Shown here: positions 25,101 through 36,491 of the stretch, one piece after another
How the letters are laid out: every line of letters starts with the position of its first letter
Numbering within the stretch: the stretch's first letter is position 1
DNA from: Macrostomum lignano
Lineage: Eukaryota
Assembly: GCA_002269645.1 (NCBI GenBank)
Contig: NIVC01000890.1
Coordinates: forward strand, 248,001-312,000
Direction: 5' to 3'
Length of the DNA stretch: 64,000 nucleotides
Program-made: the position numbers and the translations under genes
Notes under the pieces: generated by a model
What the model was told of the DNA's origin: nothing
What the model saw: only the letters and a program-made list of their open reading frames with translations
Database searches by the model: none

Positions 25101-27215
25101 GGTCAGTGACCGACCAGAGACAGAGATGCCTCATGCAGTCATGCCTTGCAGTTGCAGTTGCATTTTCCTGGGGCTGGAATTAAGGGTAAATTAGTGTGAA
25201 TGTGTTGAAAAATAATTTTTTCTTATTCGCACGCGGTTAGTGCCTTTAGGGAAAAAAGACTTGTCCCGATTTCCCGACTTTTTTAGGTTCGGGCCCGGGC
25301 CCGGGTCGGGCCACGATTTTGGTCGGGATTCCCGACTTTTCGGGCCCAGGCCCGGGACTGGGTCGCCCCCTACTTGGAGCCAGTGTCAATCAGAAAAGCA
25401 AAATAATGCCCTTGAATCTCACCAGTTAGAAATAAATCCCTTCTCAGGCGCTTGGGTGCATAGTTCTGTATAGGTGTGGCAAAGGCGTTTCAGCTGTGGC
25501 CTGCTGAGCAACTAAAGTCCTTGGCGGGGACTTTAGTACTAGCTCGGCTACTGGATGGTGCTGCCCCTGATGGCGCCCCATTTCCTGAGCTACCATTGTG
25601 CTGGGACACGGTGCTTGCCAACTGCCGATGCGGGCACTCGTCGGCACGATGCTCGTGATTGCACCTGTAACATATTGCGCTCTGTCACCGCAGCTGATAG
25701 GGTGGCAGGCACAAACTCGATTGTTGCTGCTGCTGCTGCTGCTACTGCTATTGCTGCTGCTATCGATGTTGACCTCCTGTTGGCAGGTCCTTGACGGCGG
25801 GTTGCTGCTGTCTCATGGTTGTTGAAGCTGATAGAACTGATCATACTGCACAATTCGTGTACTGGGTATCTTAAATTAGGTGCCCTCATTGGCGCTGCGG
25901 CGAGGAGTCAAGGGCACCAAACATTGGTTGCATTGGCCCCAAGAGTCCTGCGGCTAGTGGCAAGCAGGTTCCCATCGCTCCTGGGTGTCATTATTGCACA
26001 ATCCTAGCAAGTAGAACTCTCGCAGCTCATTGCTCAAAGCTTCTAGTAGATGTCGTTGCTCTTGCAGAGTTTCAATTTGCTGTTCTATCACCTCACACAA
26101 CCAATTCTCCTTGGGCCGAGATGACTTGTTGTGTTGCACTCCTGTTGGTGATTGACCATTGTTATCCTCAAGAACCTGGAACATGTCTCGCTGCTGGCGG
26201 CAGTGCTACTCACTGAGCCAGACTAGCTGCTGTCTCCAGGCGTAGCATAGCCCTTCTTGCTGCGATTAGATTCTGCGGCTGCACCAATATTAGATGTTCT
26301 CTGGCTAACTGGGTAATTTGCACTCCCACGGTGAACTGGTCCACTAGCTCAGCCTACTCTGAATCAGGGTGAAGTGCGGGAATGCTCTATCGGCCAGAGC
26401 AATTAGTCAATTTCTGTAGTCATCAACACTCTCATTCTTGCCTTGCTAGCAACATTGGAATTGCTTGCGGTACCCCAGCATGTCGGCCATGTGGGTGAAG
26501 CACTCGGACAGTCTCTGCTTGAATTTGCCAAACATTAGATTGTCTGGCAGTTCTATCTTGACAACTGCGGGATAGGTTGTGGCAATGTCTAAATTCACTA
26601 GGACTTCCGCCTTCTTACGTCTGTCGTCCACAATCCCATTGAGTTTGCAACACTCCTCGAGAGCTTGGATCCAAATGTCAAAGTCCTGGTTTAGGGTGTA
26701 CCACTGAGTCTTAACCGGTTTTGGCTCTGGAGCTCGGTCTAGCTGTTGGGGCGGCTAATACATGTGGTGATGGTATTGTGGCTGCCCCAAGTTGGCCTGC
26801 TCCAGTCGCCTTTGCACCTCTTTGGTCACTGCTCAAATCATCTTGTCATAGGTCAGCCTAGTAGTTGAGTTGTCGGGGCCCTCAGTGTCGGTTGTCGCAT
26901 CCATAGCCATTGAGTTAGTTGCCATAACGTAAATTTTGAACAACTTGTTGAAAGGGTTTCGGCATTTCGTTATACCACTTAGCTGACACCAGTAAGGTGG
27001 GGGCGGAGAAGAAAATAAGGGATTTTGATTTGGGATTGTCATTGGTTGCTGTCGTTAGCTGACACTGGAAAATGGGTGGTCCTTAACCTTTGAATTGCCA
27101 CCTGTGTCGTCTTGGAACTCGTAAAGCTGGAAAATTGCACTAATTAATGCACTGATTCTTCTCCTTGATACTCCGTCTGCTGGGGTCCTCAATTCTGAGG
27201 GGAGGGTAATCGTGA
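22177..27215 (-). mobile_element. Old degenerate Ty3/Gypsy relic (gag + protease only) with ~200-bp LTR-like direct repeats
   Basis: Direct repeats ~22177-22385 and ~27008-27215. Degenerate tRNA-Leu PBS TGGTGTCAG(ct)AAGTGG at 26972-26991. Gag remnant QDFDIWIQALEECC...VNLDIATTYP (~26720-26450) is homologous to the young element's gag. Protease FLIDTGSK...VTYNG...NILGFEFL is split across ~25430-25373 and 22643-22385. The upstream LTR boundary is uncertain and may extend to ~28100. Confidence 0.75.
22644..25372. mobile_element. Non-autonomous hAT element inserted in the old Gypsy protease
   Basis: TIR TAGGGGGCGACC / GGTCGCCCCCTA; exact 8-bp TSD CTTGGAGC at 22636-22643 and 25373-25380; CCCGGG/TCGGG subterminal repeats; no transposase ORF. 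Confidence 0.9.
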
Positions 27216-28520
27216 TCATAGTCGAGCAGTCCTTTAGCAGCACGGTCATTCAAATTGGGTCCTCAGACACCATAAATGTTGTGTTCTGTTGATGTGCTCA
27301 GTTTGTTACTATCAGTAGTAAAGTAGCACTGCCACTACCATAATTTTGTATTACGGAATGTTGAGGGTCTCAGAGCTTTCTTTAAGTTGAGACTAATTAT
27401 TTTATGCCCTGCGGGCAAATGATTCAATAGAGACTACAAAGGCTTCAATTAAGAGCAACTGGATAATACAGTATAACAGTAGTAGCTTATTATTATTAGG
27501 CTCGCAAGATAATTATTAAAGAAAATTATGACAATTTATTAGAGATATTAATATATATTACTAAGCTCACTATGATGGGGTGATTCAGCATACTGAGAGT
27601 TACTTAAACTAATTTAAGTTGATGCGCTAAGCAAAATATCAATTACTTGATTGAGTGTTAATGACAAACAAACTAGTTAACTCTACAAAACAAAACATGG
27701 GGAAGGAGGGGTAGGGGTGGGGGAGGGAAGGATTTGAATTGAGAAAGCGACAGGCAAATGGTTATATGCAACAAAATTTCACATACTTCAAAGGGGGAAC
27801 AAGGAGGGGAACACCAGGTGGAGCACTAGCTGGAAAAGGGGGAAAACCTGGGGAAAAACATATTAAAACAAGGGCGGGACCAAGGGAAGGAGCAACAGGG
27901 GGAACAAAGGTGGGAGCAACCAAGGGAATGTTAATAAACATTCAAAGGAGCCGTTGGTGACGTCAATTGTCACTCCTCCGGAGGGAGACGTCGCGCTATC
28001 GCCAACTGCTGCCTGAACCCCAGTGGTAGACCAGCCTACCACAGGTCCTTGCTGTGCAGATAAAAGGTCAGTCAGCCAAGGCAACACATGGCAAGCCATT
28101 TATTTTACACACTGCATCATTATGCGACATAATCTGCATTGATATACCTATATCCAGGGCAACATATAGCATATTTTTACTGCACAATTGATATAAACAA
28201 AAGTTGCAGTTGTACTTGTACATGTAGTTTGTTACTATACTTTACATGTATATCAGTATAGTATTACCTCTTGATGATTGCAAATGTTATTTTTAATTTT
28301 ATGGCTGCTACATGTATAATGGCAGCCTTCTGAGCAACCTTCTGCTGTTAATTATTGAAGACTATAATTGGCTATTTTTTCTGTTGTAAAACCCATTAAA
28401 ATCCACAATAATCACAAATAGAAATTGCTATGCCATATATATAAACTAATATTCAGTATTTTGAAAATTGAGTGGCAATAGTTATAAATGCTCTGAATAG
28501 TAAATAAATCATGCTATTTT

Positions 28521-29577
28521 TGAAGTACAGGCTGTTTTTCTCGGGGTGGCCTGGTAGGTCTTTGAATCCCACCGCTGCCACCAGTGAAGTACAATGGGGT
28601 TTCTTCTCGGTTTAAGGCCCTTGGGGATTACCTTAAACCTCGAGCCTCTTCAGTGGGAAGTCCTTTCAGCGCGCAGTAGCGTAGGTAGTGCTGCCACCAG
28701 TTCCTTCAGGTCTCGGCCTTCGATGAGGTGAGCTTCCCGTCGGAACGAAATAAACAAGTCAACAAAATCAGCACAGCGTGCAGATTTGCAGATTAATGAA
28801 CAAGGCGTCCTGATCAGCAGATCCCCGCCGGGCTCAGGGGTGACTGGGAAGGCAGTGTTAGCCTCCCTTAGGCTTGGGTTTTAGTGGGGTCTCAGTCAGA
28901 CCAGTACAAACGGATTCAGTACGCAAAGGGCACTTAGTTAGACACTGACGCACACGGGTTCTTAGTGAATTCTCCGCAGATAAGAAGCCTTTCCTTGACG
29001 GAAACAAGGGGAGAGGGGTCCTATTTATAGCCGGGAAACACCCACGCACAAGACCTCGTGACTTGTTCTATTTTTAGAACTGACGTCACTTGAGGTCTCG
29101 GGGCAGGGTCTCAGTGCGCGCAAGACCTCGTGACTCGTTCTATTTTTAGAACTGACGTCACTTAAGGTCTCCGGCCAGAGTACACGCGGCTGTGACTCAG
29201 TTGCTATTTTTAGCAACATGAGTCACTCCTCTCCTTAGAGAAGGGAGGGGTCCGAAAGCACGTGATTCTCCCGGTAAACAGGGCCAACGAGTGCAGTAAA
29301 CATGTTTACTGCACTTTAGGACTCGAAGAACGCAGAGTCTGTCATGTGACTTGCTCACATGACAGAGGAAAACGGGACGGGAACGAAACAGAGACAGCCC
29401 ACAGCAGAGAAGCTGAGGGCTGAGAACAGAGACGCAGAAGGGCAGAACAGGCCAAGGGCAGCAACAGACGGGCCAAGGGGGCGGGAAGCTGACCAGCGGC
29501 AGACAGCAACCCAGGGCGAGGGCGAGGGAGACTGCTGACAAAGTGGGACGCCTAACACCAACTAGCGGATCACTACA
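28521..29577 (-). repeat. 3' LTR
   Basis: TGTAGTGATCC...TGTACTTCA on the minus strand; same length as the 5' LTR. Confidence 0.95.
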
Positions 29578-29589
29578 CTCTCCCCGTTC
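29578..29589 (-). other. Polypurine tract
   Basis: GAACGGGGAGAG immediately upstream of the 3' LTR on the minus strand. Confidence 0.85.
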
Positions 29590-30108
29590 AAATGAAGAGG
29601 CGGAGTGAAAGCGAAGCGCGCTTTATTTAATAAACGAAATAGTGATTTTACTAAATAAAATTATTACAAATGCCTGGCAAAAGGATGGCAGTGTCACAAG
29701 GCATGCAAATTATTACACGGCTGGGCCAAGGTCAGGATTGTGACCCAGAATGGCGAAGCACCAATAGCACCGGTGGGTTGCCCACGCCAAGGCAGAGCCC
29801 TAGAAAATCATAAAATCGGAGGGGCTGGCAAGTCCCTCGGGCGTACGCAGAATCAGGACCTCAGTCCAACAGCGGTTTGGGGGCGCCGGCCCGGAAAATG
29901 GGCGCCTAAATATACGGGATACCATAGACAGCCGGCAGAGCCCGTCACTGGGGAGAAGGGGGATGTAGAACTGCATCAGAGCAACAGCTCACGGGAAGAT
30001 AAAAGAGTACGCATTGCGGGGGCGCTGGCCCGCTATTGAGGCGCCACATAAAGTAGAGCAGGGAAAAATCAGAGGGTGCCTGTCAGCACCAAGTCCACAG
30101 AGTCAGAG

Positions 30109-33100
30109 TTAATCGCTGCGTTGGGTTGATCGGTGCACGCAGATGCGGGCAGTGCGACTAACATACGTCTTGGCCCTAGGATTAATAATTAGCCTCTCAG
30201 GCTGCCTACGATTCCTAGCCGGCCTACCGACATCTACAGACCCTAATGACGCTTCCACCGGAGTGGTGCATAACGACGGCCCAGGGGTCTGGACCACAGA
30301 AAAAGCAGCACTGGGAGCGGGAGCAGAAACGGGCGGAAAAGAAACAGCAGGCATAGACGCATCAAGAACAGGCTTATGCAGATGACATTCACCATACGGC
30401 ACTGGCTCACGCCGAAGTGCACTTGCCTGGTTCGCTGGTGTCGTGACCGGTCCACCTCCTGGCTGCACCTCCGGGATCGCCAAAGGCCGGAAGTGCCATC
30501 GGAAGGCCGGCCTTGCGTCGTAGCCGTCATCATCGTCATCGTCGGGGTCGTCCTGGTCGTCCTCGGGATTGGCGTCAGGGTCGCGGGTCCTGCGCCGTCG
30601 GGGACGTCGGGCGGCCGCCGGCGTTTCTTCGGTTTGTCGACTTCAGGGTCCGAAGTTCTCGTGTAGTCAGCGTCAGGCACGAGCAGAAGGTTCCGGCGAT
30701 GGACGACTAGTTCGTCTCGTCTGGCTCTCGGGTTGGGCAGTCTCCGTCGAATCTTGTAGACGACCTCGCCCTTGGGCTCGACGACTTCGTATAGGGCTTT
30801 GCGAGGTCGATGAAACTTCGCCGCCTCATCCGGTTCGAGTACCGGGTTGTTGAGGAAGACCAGATCACCGGGTTGAAGCTTCTTGGCGGCGGGCAGGTTC
30901 GAATAGTGCTCGTCTCGCAGTTGCTGGTGCAGATGCAGGCGCTCCTTGGCTAGCTCAGTCGCCTCGTCCAGGCGACGTTGGAAGTCCTTGACGTAGTCGG
31001 GCAGGTCGGCGTACTCGGGCAGCTTCTTCAGCGCGTTGTCGATCGGGAGTCGGAAATCACGGCCGAACACCAGGTAGTGAGGCGTGAAGCCGGTCACCGG
31101 GTGCACGCTGGAGCGGAGAGCCATCAGACAGGCCGGGAGGAAGGTGTCCCAGTCGTTGTGGTTGCGCTCGAGCAGACAGGTGAGGACACTCTTCAGCTGT
31201 TTGTTGAGGTTCTCGACTTGTCCGTTGGAAGCTGGATTGTACGGTGTTGTTGTCGTATGCCGAATGCCAAACAGGTCGCAGAACTTCTTGAAGGCCGAGC
31301 CGGTGAAGTTGGTGCCTTGGTCGGTGTGGATCCAGCATGGTACACCGAATTCAGGGATGAAGCGCTCCTGCAGAAGCTTGATGACTGTTTTGGCTTTCTG
31401 GTTTCTCATCGGGTAGGCGAATGGATACTTCGACGTCGCATCGCACAAGGTCAGGATGTAGCGGTTGCCGCTCTTGCTCTTCTGCGCGATTGGTCCTACT
31501 ACATCACAGTGGATTCTACCCAGAACTTCGCAGACTGGGAAGCTCTGGACCGGAACTCTCTCTCGCCGTCGCGATTTACTTTCAAGGCAGGTGCGGCACT
31601 TACTGATGAAGGTCTTGGTAGCACGGGCTAATCCGGGTCTCCAGAACCGTTCTCGTAGCCGCAGTAACGTCTTCGTCTCGCCAAGGTGTCCACACAGTGG
31701 CGAACTGTGGAGCTCCTGGAGCACCTGGGCGTCAAGGGCCTCAGGCAGAACAACCTTTGGCGGCTGCTGGCCATCGGACAGGTCAATCAGCAGCAGGCCG
31801 TTGTCCTCCTGCAGGTTTTCGTAGTATCCGAGCAGGTTCCGCTGCTCCTTCGTCAGGCGCAACCGGGCGTCGAACTCAGGCTTCGGGGCTTCGTCCTTGA
31901 CCAGGTTGAGCACGTAGCTGATGGCTCGGTCAGCGCGCTGGGCTTCAACGAACTGTTGGCGAGTCATCGGCAGCTTCAGAAAATCAGTGAGCACAGCGCG
32001 GCATGGCTGAGGGGTCCGGATTCCCGCAGTCTCCGCTTTAATGGCTCCAGGTCGATCACACGGCACCGTCTTGTCGGCGTCAGGATTAGGTCGCTCCGAG
32101 GGACTTTGTCTCACGACGTCGGCGTACGTCCGTTGATCTCGAATCGAAGTTCTCTTCATCGCTCTCATGACAGAAGATTCCGCAGATGGAGCAGCGCGCA
32201 TGCCTCCACTGCATAGCACAGGCGACTCTTGGCTGTAGGGCGGGACGCAATACGTGAAGCACGCCTCGTCGCAGGCAGCCGTAGCCGTCGGCTCAGTCGT
32301 CGTCAAAATTGGGTGAGTCTTCTCCAGCACTGGGCGGTGTCGCAAAGGGGGACTCGACTTTCCGCACAGGCGATGAGCAGCTGTCTGTCGGCCCGGGGGA
32401 CAGAGCTTCGACCTTGCAGCTGGCGCGAGATTCTGGCCCCTGTCAACATGGCGAGAGATCTCAGCGAAAGGCTCAGGAGGGTTGTACTTAAGTTGCTGTC
32501 CTGGAGTTGCGTTGCGGGCCGTCATCAGAAGGGCTGCCGGCGCGGTGGCCTTTGAATCTTGGTCCGTGGGCGTCTCCAGATTCCGAGACCTGAGGTCTTG
32601 GGCGTCGTCAAGGAGGTCTGTGTTCACAGTGGCCTCAAGGTCTTCGTCCAGGTTGGTCTCCAAGTTGCGGTAGGCGGCATGGGCATCGCGGCAGAGGGCT
32701 GTTGTCGCAGTGGCCTCTGAGTTGTCGTCCAGGCCGGTCTCCAGGCGTTGACTGCAGCGGTGGGCGTCGTGCTGGAAGGCTGCTGGCGCAGTGGCTTCCA
32801 GGTCTTCGTCCAGGTCAGTCTTGGCCTCCAAGCAGCGAGAGTGGACTGTCTTCTGGAGGGCTGCTCTGGCAGTGGCCTCGGGTGTCGGGTCCAAATCCGG
32901 TTCCAGGTCGTGGTCGTCACCGGGTCGGGCGGTAGAACCAGGTTGCTCTAGCAGTCGGCCATGCTCGAAGAAGATCGGCGGGCCCTCCGGTCTTCTTGAC
33001 AGGGCATCAGCGTTGGCGTGGTCCTTGCCTTTGCGGTGGTTGAGCTGGAAGCGGAACTCGCTTAGGCGCTCGATCCAGCGGCCTAAAATACCTGTGGCCT

Positions 33101-35379
33101 GAGTTTGGTTCAGTAACCACAGTAAGGCCCGATGATCGGATCGAACTTCAAACTTCTTGCCGATTAAGTAATGACGGAAATGTCGCATAGCGTCCACAAT
33201 TGCAAGCAGCTCTTTCTTCGTGACCGTGTAGCGCTTCTCAGGATCGCGAAGTTTACGGCTAAAGAATGCAATTGGACGTTCGACGCCGTCGGATTGCAGT
33301 TGTCCAAGACAAGCGCCTATTCGAATATCAGAGGCATCCGTGTCGAGGACAAACTTCACAGCAGGATCAGAATTAAATTCAGGCAGAGCGAGAACTTCAG
33401 TAGAACACAATTTCTTCTTCAAAGTGTCGAACGCTACCTGATGCTCGGGAGTCCAATGCTGCCGCAGGCTGCCAATGTCCTTTCGCGTCAGGGCATGCAG
33501 CGGCGCAGCCACTCCAGCGTAGCCGTCGACAAACTTGTGGTAGTAATTGGCGAGGCCTAGGAATTGTCTCAGTTGAGTAACGGACTGTGGCACGGGCCAA
33601 TCACGGATCTGCGCAATCTTGTCCTCACAGGTCTTCAGGCCGTCGGGAGTCACGACGTGACCTAAATAATGCAGCTCCTTGAGGAACAAATGACACTTCT
33701 TCGGTTTCACTTTGAGGTTGGCTGCGATGATGCGCTGAAGTACAGTTCGCAAGTTATCCAGCTGTTCCTCGAAAGTCACTGAGTGCACCACGATGTCGTC
33801 CATGTAGCCAAGCGCAGTCTTTGGCGTCAGGCCGTCCAGGAGCTTATTGATGCAACGCTGAAAGCTGCCAGGACTGTCGTGGAGACCCATCGGTAGAACG
33901 TTAAAACAGAATTGGCCGCGGTCGATTACTGAGAACGCCGTCAGTGCTGGTCGCAGTCCGCAGCGGGATTGCCAGAATCCTTGAGCAAGGTCCAGGCTGG
34001 AATACCACTGAGCACCACGAAGCTTCGCGAAGGTTTCCTGGATGTGCGGCAGCGGATACGGGTGATACACACACCTGTCGTTGAGAGCTCTGAAGTCGTG
34101 GACTAGTCGGATGTTGCCGTCCTTCTTGGGCACGATGAGCATTGGCGAATTGTAGCTCGAGTAGGCAGGGCGAATGATGTGCTTCGCCAGCATCTCGTCT
34201 AGCAGGGCGTCGAGCTTGTCCTTCAGATGAGGCGGGATTCGGCGCGGTGGTAGCGCAACTGGTGTCCGGTCCTTCAAGATGATCTCGTGGGTCACCAGGT
34301 GAGTCAGGCCGGCGTCTAGCGAGTGCTTGGAGAAGGCCGTTTGACATTCGACTAGTAGATCTCGCACTCTTTGATGTTGTTCTTTGGACAATTCGCTGTT
34401 GATCTCGACTTCATCTAGCCATGCTGTGCTGGACTCTTCAGAGTTCTTCGGGAGGTGTCGCACTTCAGGTTCGGGCGTCTCACTCAGTACATCAGGTCGG
34501 CAGTTCGGAGTGGCGTCGCAACACCAACACGGATACCGGCTTGCAGGAACACCTCGCTGTCGGCGGTGTTGACGACCTCAATGTAGCCGCGACCTTCAGG
34601 CATCGTCATCAGAGCAGGCGCTGCTTCCAGAGCGTTGCAGCTGGGATGCAGCCTCGACTTAACCAGCTCGACAATTGATGGCGATCCTCGATTCTCAGGG
34701 TGGCCGTCATCCAGTCTGACGGCAAGCAGCGCTGAACTTCTAGGCGGCAGGGTGCACTTCTCGGAGGTGTACACTCGGCAGTTCTGAAGCTCACGACGCG
34801 AATAGCGAACGGGATGCACGCGCCATTGTTAAACTTCAACATTCCTTGAGCGAAGTCCAAGTTCTGGCAGTGCTCTCGCATAAATGATACGCCAAGTAAA
34901 TTTTCACAATCGGAGACCGTAACGAGGAATTCGGTGTCCGCGACGACATCACCGAACTCCACCGGGATGGTCACCTTACAAGCAAGCGGGAGCTGCGTCC
35001 CGTCATACATAGTTACGCAATCGGGAATAGCATGCGATATAATACAACGAGGCATCCGGCGTCTAATAGCGGCCCAGGTTTACGAACCAAGGAAGTTTTT
35101 CCGGCTGCCGCTGTCTAGCAAGAAAGGGACTTCTCGACTCGCAACTCGACCTGTGACGTACGGATCGGCCTCACGCGCATGGATTTTTTGATTCGGGGAG
35201 GTGTCCACGAAACCTCCGCACTCTGCGTCGCTTACTGACGAGCGACTGTCGGACTGGGCATTGGCGCCTGCGCAGCCGACATCCTCTTCTTCTCGCGACC
35301 GTTCTGAATCTGCCAAGTAGCCTGGGCTTGGACCTCGCGGAGGGCGGTGCCGTTGTCGCTCTCCGCCTGGCCGTTTCCC
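30109..35379 (-). CDS. pol: Gypsy Pol (protease, RT, RNase H, integrase with GPY/F-like tail); disrupted in this sequence
   Basis: LLDSGS protease; RT LVHDFRALN...YMDD; RNase H DTDAS..IGACL and ELLAIV; integrase H..C, IHCDVVGP, HTDQG and VENLN; C-terminal RPARNRRQPERL in the 30109-30483 frame. In-frame TAA at 35080-35082 and frameshifts near 34800, 34490 and 30600. Confidence 0.9.
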
Positions 35380-36412
35380 TGGTTCTGGCGCATCGGGCAC
35401 TGGGTGTTGCGATGACCGGGCTGTCCGCAGCTATAGCAGATTATAGCTCTCTTTGGCGGGCTGGCTACCTGCTGTTGGTCACGCTGCACCAGGTGATCCA
35501 GCATTCGCTGCTGCTTCTCGATCAAGTCGGTTAGAGTCAGCAAGGCTTGGGCGGTGACGTCGGGTTTCGGGTCGCCGTCCTCCTCCCCGTCCAACATCCT
35601 AACCGGGGGTTGAGCAGATCGGTGCGCCAATTCTTTGGCGCCTTCTAGTCGTCGTAGCTCTCGAATCGCAGCAAGAAGATTGTTCGGGCGAACCCAGTAC
35701 AGCCGTTCGCGCAGATCTGGAGTCGTCCGGATACCAGCAAGAAATTGATCAGTAATCTCCTTCTCGCGGTCTTCAGGATGCATTCGAGGATATGCACGTT
35801 CACCCAGAGTTCTCAGGGCGTCAGCGAACTCTTCTGCTGACTCATTCTTGCCTTGTTGACGACGTCGCAACAGTTCTCGATACTCATCAGCACCACCATG
35901 ACGGGCAAATCGCTCAATAAGACGCTGCTTGACCTCCTCGTAGCTGGCGAAACGCGGAAGATTCATACCAAGCAAGGAAGGATACGCAGTAGCCAAATCG
36001 AGACTCGCGATGAGGTGTTGCTTCATCTCGAACGGGTCGACGATGCGCTCCATCTCGCAACGCTGCTCGAACGCGGCAAGCCAGACATGAATGTCCTGAC
36101 TTGGAGTAAACTTCACAATTTTAACTTGTTTACTCACGGGCCGCTCCATCTGCTGCTGCAGAGCTGCCATCATGGTCCTCACGTCCTGGTGCGTGATGTT
36201 CCGGCCGATGTTGTCCAGGCCTTGCAGAAGCTCGTCTGGCGGGTCGTCGGACGCGTCGCTTCTGGCACCTCGCCTCGGCGTCGGCTGCTGACCAAAGTCG
36301 TTGATCGCTGCTGCTGCTGCGGCGTCTGCTGCCGCAGGCCTCGAACTGCTGATGTGCTGATCCAGCCGGCTGCTGCACCGGCTCTCGTCTCGCTCGTTGA
36401 ACATGTTGAACT
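35232..36412 (-). CDS. gag: Gypsy Gag with Cx2Cx4Hx4C zinc knuckle
   Basis: Open frame 35232-36488 whose first ATG (MFNERD) is at ~36404; R.Q..NES..EF and DQFL.G capsid motifs; CYSCGQPGHRNTQC. Confidence 0.9.
35373..35379 (-). promoter_or_regulatory. Putative programmed -1 ribosomal frameshift site G GGA AAC (gag to pol)
   Basis: The X XXY YYZ heptamer is in the gag frame just after the zinc knuckle, and a -1 shift enters the protease frame. A GCGGAG/CTCCGC stem starts ~5 nt downstream. Confidence 0.65.
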
Positions 36413-36472
36413 CGTAGTCGTTGGCCGAAGTCGTTCTCGAAAGAGCGGTTGGCTTGGGTGTGTCGTAGTCGG

Positions 36473-36490
36473 ATCCCACCGCTGCCACCA
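36473..36490 (-). other. Primer-binding site complementary to the 3' 18 nt of tRNA-Leu(AAG/UAG)
   Basis: TGGTGGCAGCGGTGGGAT lies 1 nt after the 5' LTR and matches the recalled tRNA-Leu end ATCCCACCGCTGCCACCA. Confidence 0.85.
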
Positions 36491-36491
36491 G

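Noticed and set aside
28561-28583. tRNA-Leu gene (also 36473-36490 and 36535-36554)
   Set aside because: Only the 3' 18-20 nt including CCA are present, with no D or anticodon arm; these are PBS sequences.
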